Assembly (NCBI GenBank): GCA_021432655.1
Contig: MU271306.1
Coordinates: forward strand, 62,001-98,846
DNA length: 36,846 nucleotides
Direction: 5' to 3'
Source: Atractiella rhizophila
Lineage: Eukaryota
The notes under the pieces were generated by a model. It was given only the letters and a program-made list of their open reading frames with translations, did no database searches and was not told the origin of the DNA. The translations under genes and the position numbers were made by a program. Shown here one piece after another: positions 34,973 to 36,846 of the stretch. Position 1 is the stretch's first letter, and each line of letters begins with the position of its first letter.

Positions 34973-36846
34973 GCATGCCCGCACGAAAGCGTCTCCTTCC
35001 TCGGTTCTGACTATGCATCATGCCTTCTTCTAAATAAAAATTAAAAAAGTCAAAAAAAAAATTCTTGTACAGCTGCTTTGAGTATACAATGATATATGAC
35101 ACATGTTTTCATGCCAATGTTGATCTCGCAGAACCAGATTTCAGATTTCAGATCTCAGTAAGGCCTTAGCAGAACCTTTCACATGTCATCATTTGTAAAA
35201 AAACAACGTGCAAACTCAACGGTAGGGAGCAGAGGATCATTCACGGTATAACCAGATTGTAATCCTCCTTACATATTTTCATCTGAACTTGGATACTTAT
35301 TATATTATCGTTTGCCTAATGAAAGGCTCTTCTAGTGACACAAAAGCAACCTCGTCCTTCCAAAGCAAAAACCATATATAACAAGTTTCAGCTCCAAAAG
35401 CAAATGAAACAGGCTGTTGTGACATGTATACAACAGAAAGCACTCCGAACTCACCTGTCATAGCTCCCTCCGCTCCCATCCATCCCACTTGATACACCGT
35501 GAACTCCCAACCTTTCACTCTAATCCTCCTCACTTCCCCGTTGCGATTGCACCTGGGCAGTCAGTGCAATTGGTAGAGGAATCTGCTTGTGTTTCGGGAA
35601 GTACAAGTGTGTCAACGGCCTTCGTCCCTCAGGCCCCCCACCCACTTGCAAGGGGCATGGCCCCTTGAACCCTACTGTGACCGTTGTCATTGTCAGGGTT
35701 CGAGTCCAGTACAAAACACATTTTTCAACCCTTTCAGAATAAAATTTCCTTGCAGGTTCAGAAAGGGGCAAGCATATGGGATACGATGGTATAATACATT
35801 TCATTCTATTGTGTATGGTGAGGGAGATGTGAGGGCTCAAAAGTGCGTCTTATGACTCATGCTAAGACCTGATGAATCTTAGAGTATAGGATCAAGATAG
35901 GGTCCCGATTGCGTTATTGGGAACTCGTCACGGAACTGCAGCTGGACGGTGTCAGGAACAGGAACTGAAACTGAACTATGAAGCACCTTGAAGGCAACAA
36001 GTGGACTTTGATTGAACTTTACACTATAGTTCATGAATTATCGTCATGGCCACAAATAGGGTTGCAAATACTTGGCAAGAGTCAGCTGACCCACCGCTAC
36101 TGCTTCTGCATTTCGGCGACTTGGTCGTTGGCAAGTCCATTCGTCGCCTGTCAAAGACAAATGCTCATTGCCTTCTCGCACCATCACCAATGTCGCATTT
36201 ACGAAAATTGCCCTCAATTGCGAGGCCCCCTCCCCCTCACTTTAAGAGGATCTACTCCTCTGCATGCCCCACTGGGTGAATCCCTATGAACGTAGGTCTA
36301 GGCGAGGCGCCGGTCTGTTCCTCAACGGACAGATCGGCAACCAGTTTGTTGGTGAGTCACTCACCCCATTTTCGCAAAACAGTTGCTTATTGCACCAAAA
36401 CAACACCGGTCAAATTTCAAAAAATCCCTCAATTGTGAGGTGCACAATGACTCCCCCTCATCTTACACTCTGTTTTGGTTTTGATGTTTATTGTATCCTA
36501 TTTTTTGCTTTTACCTTTTTGTTTACCTGTCCTTGTTCGCTCGACAACACATTATCCCACAAAGAAGACAGACTGGCGATGAGCACACAAACCGCCGACC
36601 CGTTATACTATGGTGACGGTCACCTAGTCCCAACAACAATGTCTTAGCATGACTCATTGATGATAGTTGATGAATTTTGTTCCAAATTTTCCAGGCTTTT
36701 TTTTTTTCTAGTTCGAGTTGGAGAAGCTGTTCAAGTCACATAAGAAAGAAAGTTGTGATGCACAATTTTGCAAGAATATATTAGTCCAATCAAATTGTGA
36801 AGGAAGAATATGTTTGTAATAACTATGTCTCTCTAAACATCATGTC

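Noticed and set aside
34170..35033. 287-aa ORF overlapping the deaminase-like gene in another frame
   Set aside because: Likely a shadow frame of a low-complexity exon; no canonical ATG start and no motif.

Overview
Eukaryotic, intron-rich fungal DNA, most consistent with a basidiomycete (short GT..AG introns; species not determinable by eye). Conserved genes: a HAPSTR1/C16orf72-like gene, a VelB-type velvet regulator, a membrane-anchored GH5 exo-beta-1,3-glucanase and an ER thioredoxin-like membrane protein. They are interleaved with a fast-evolving accessory layer: seven F-box/LRR-like loci (one pseudogene), two tandem duplications (~0.69 kb and ~2.65 kb), a diverged inverted duplication, a 513-N gap and a TpA-rich decayed element. 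The two most interesting observations: (i) a three-copy family that the ORF track shows as separate ORFs but that splices through a conserved 31-nt microexon into one ~520-aa protein (unrecognised CxxC domain + internal F-box + LRR-like tail); (ii) next to it, a spliced gene with an HCAE...PCxxC zinc-deaminase-like signature and a long disordered tail. All exon models were inferred by hand; no database searches were run.
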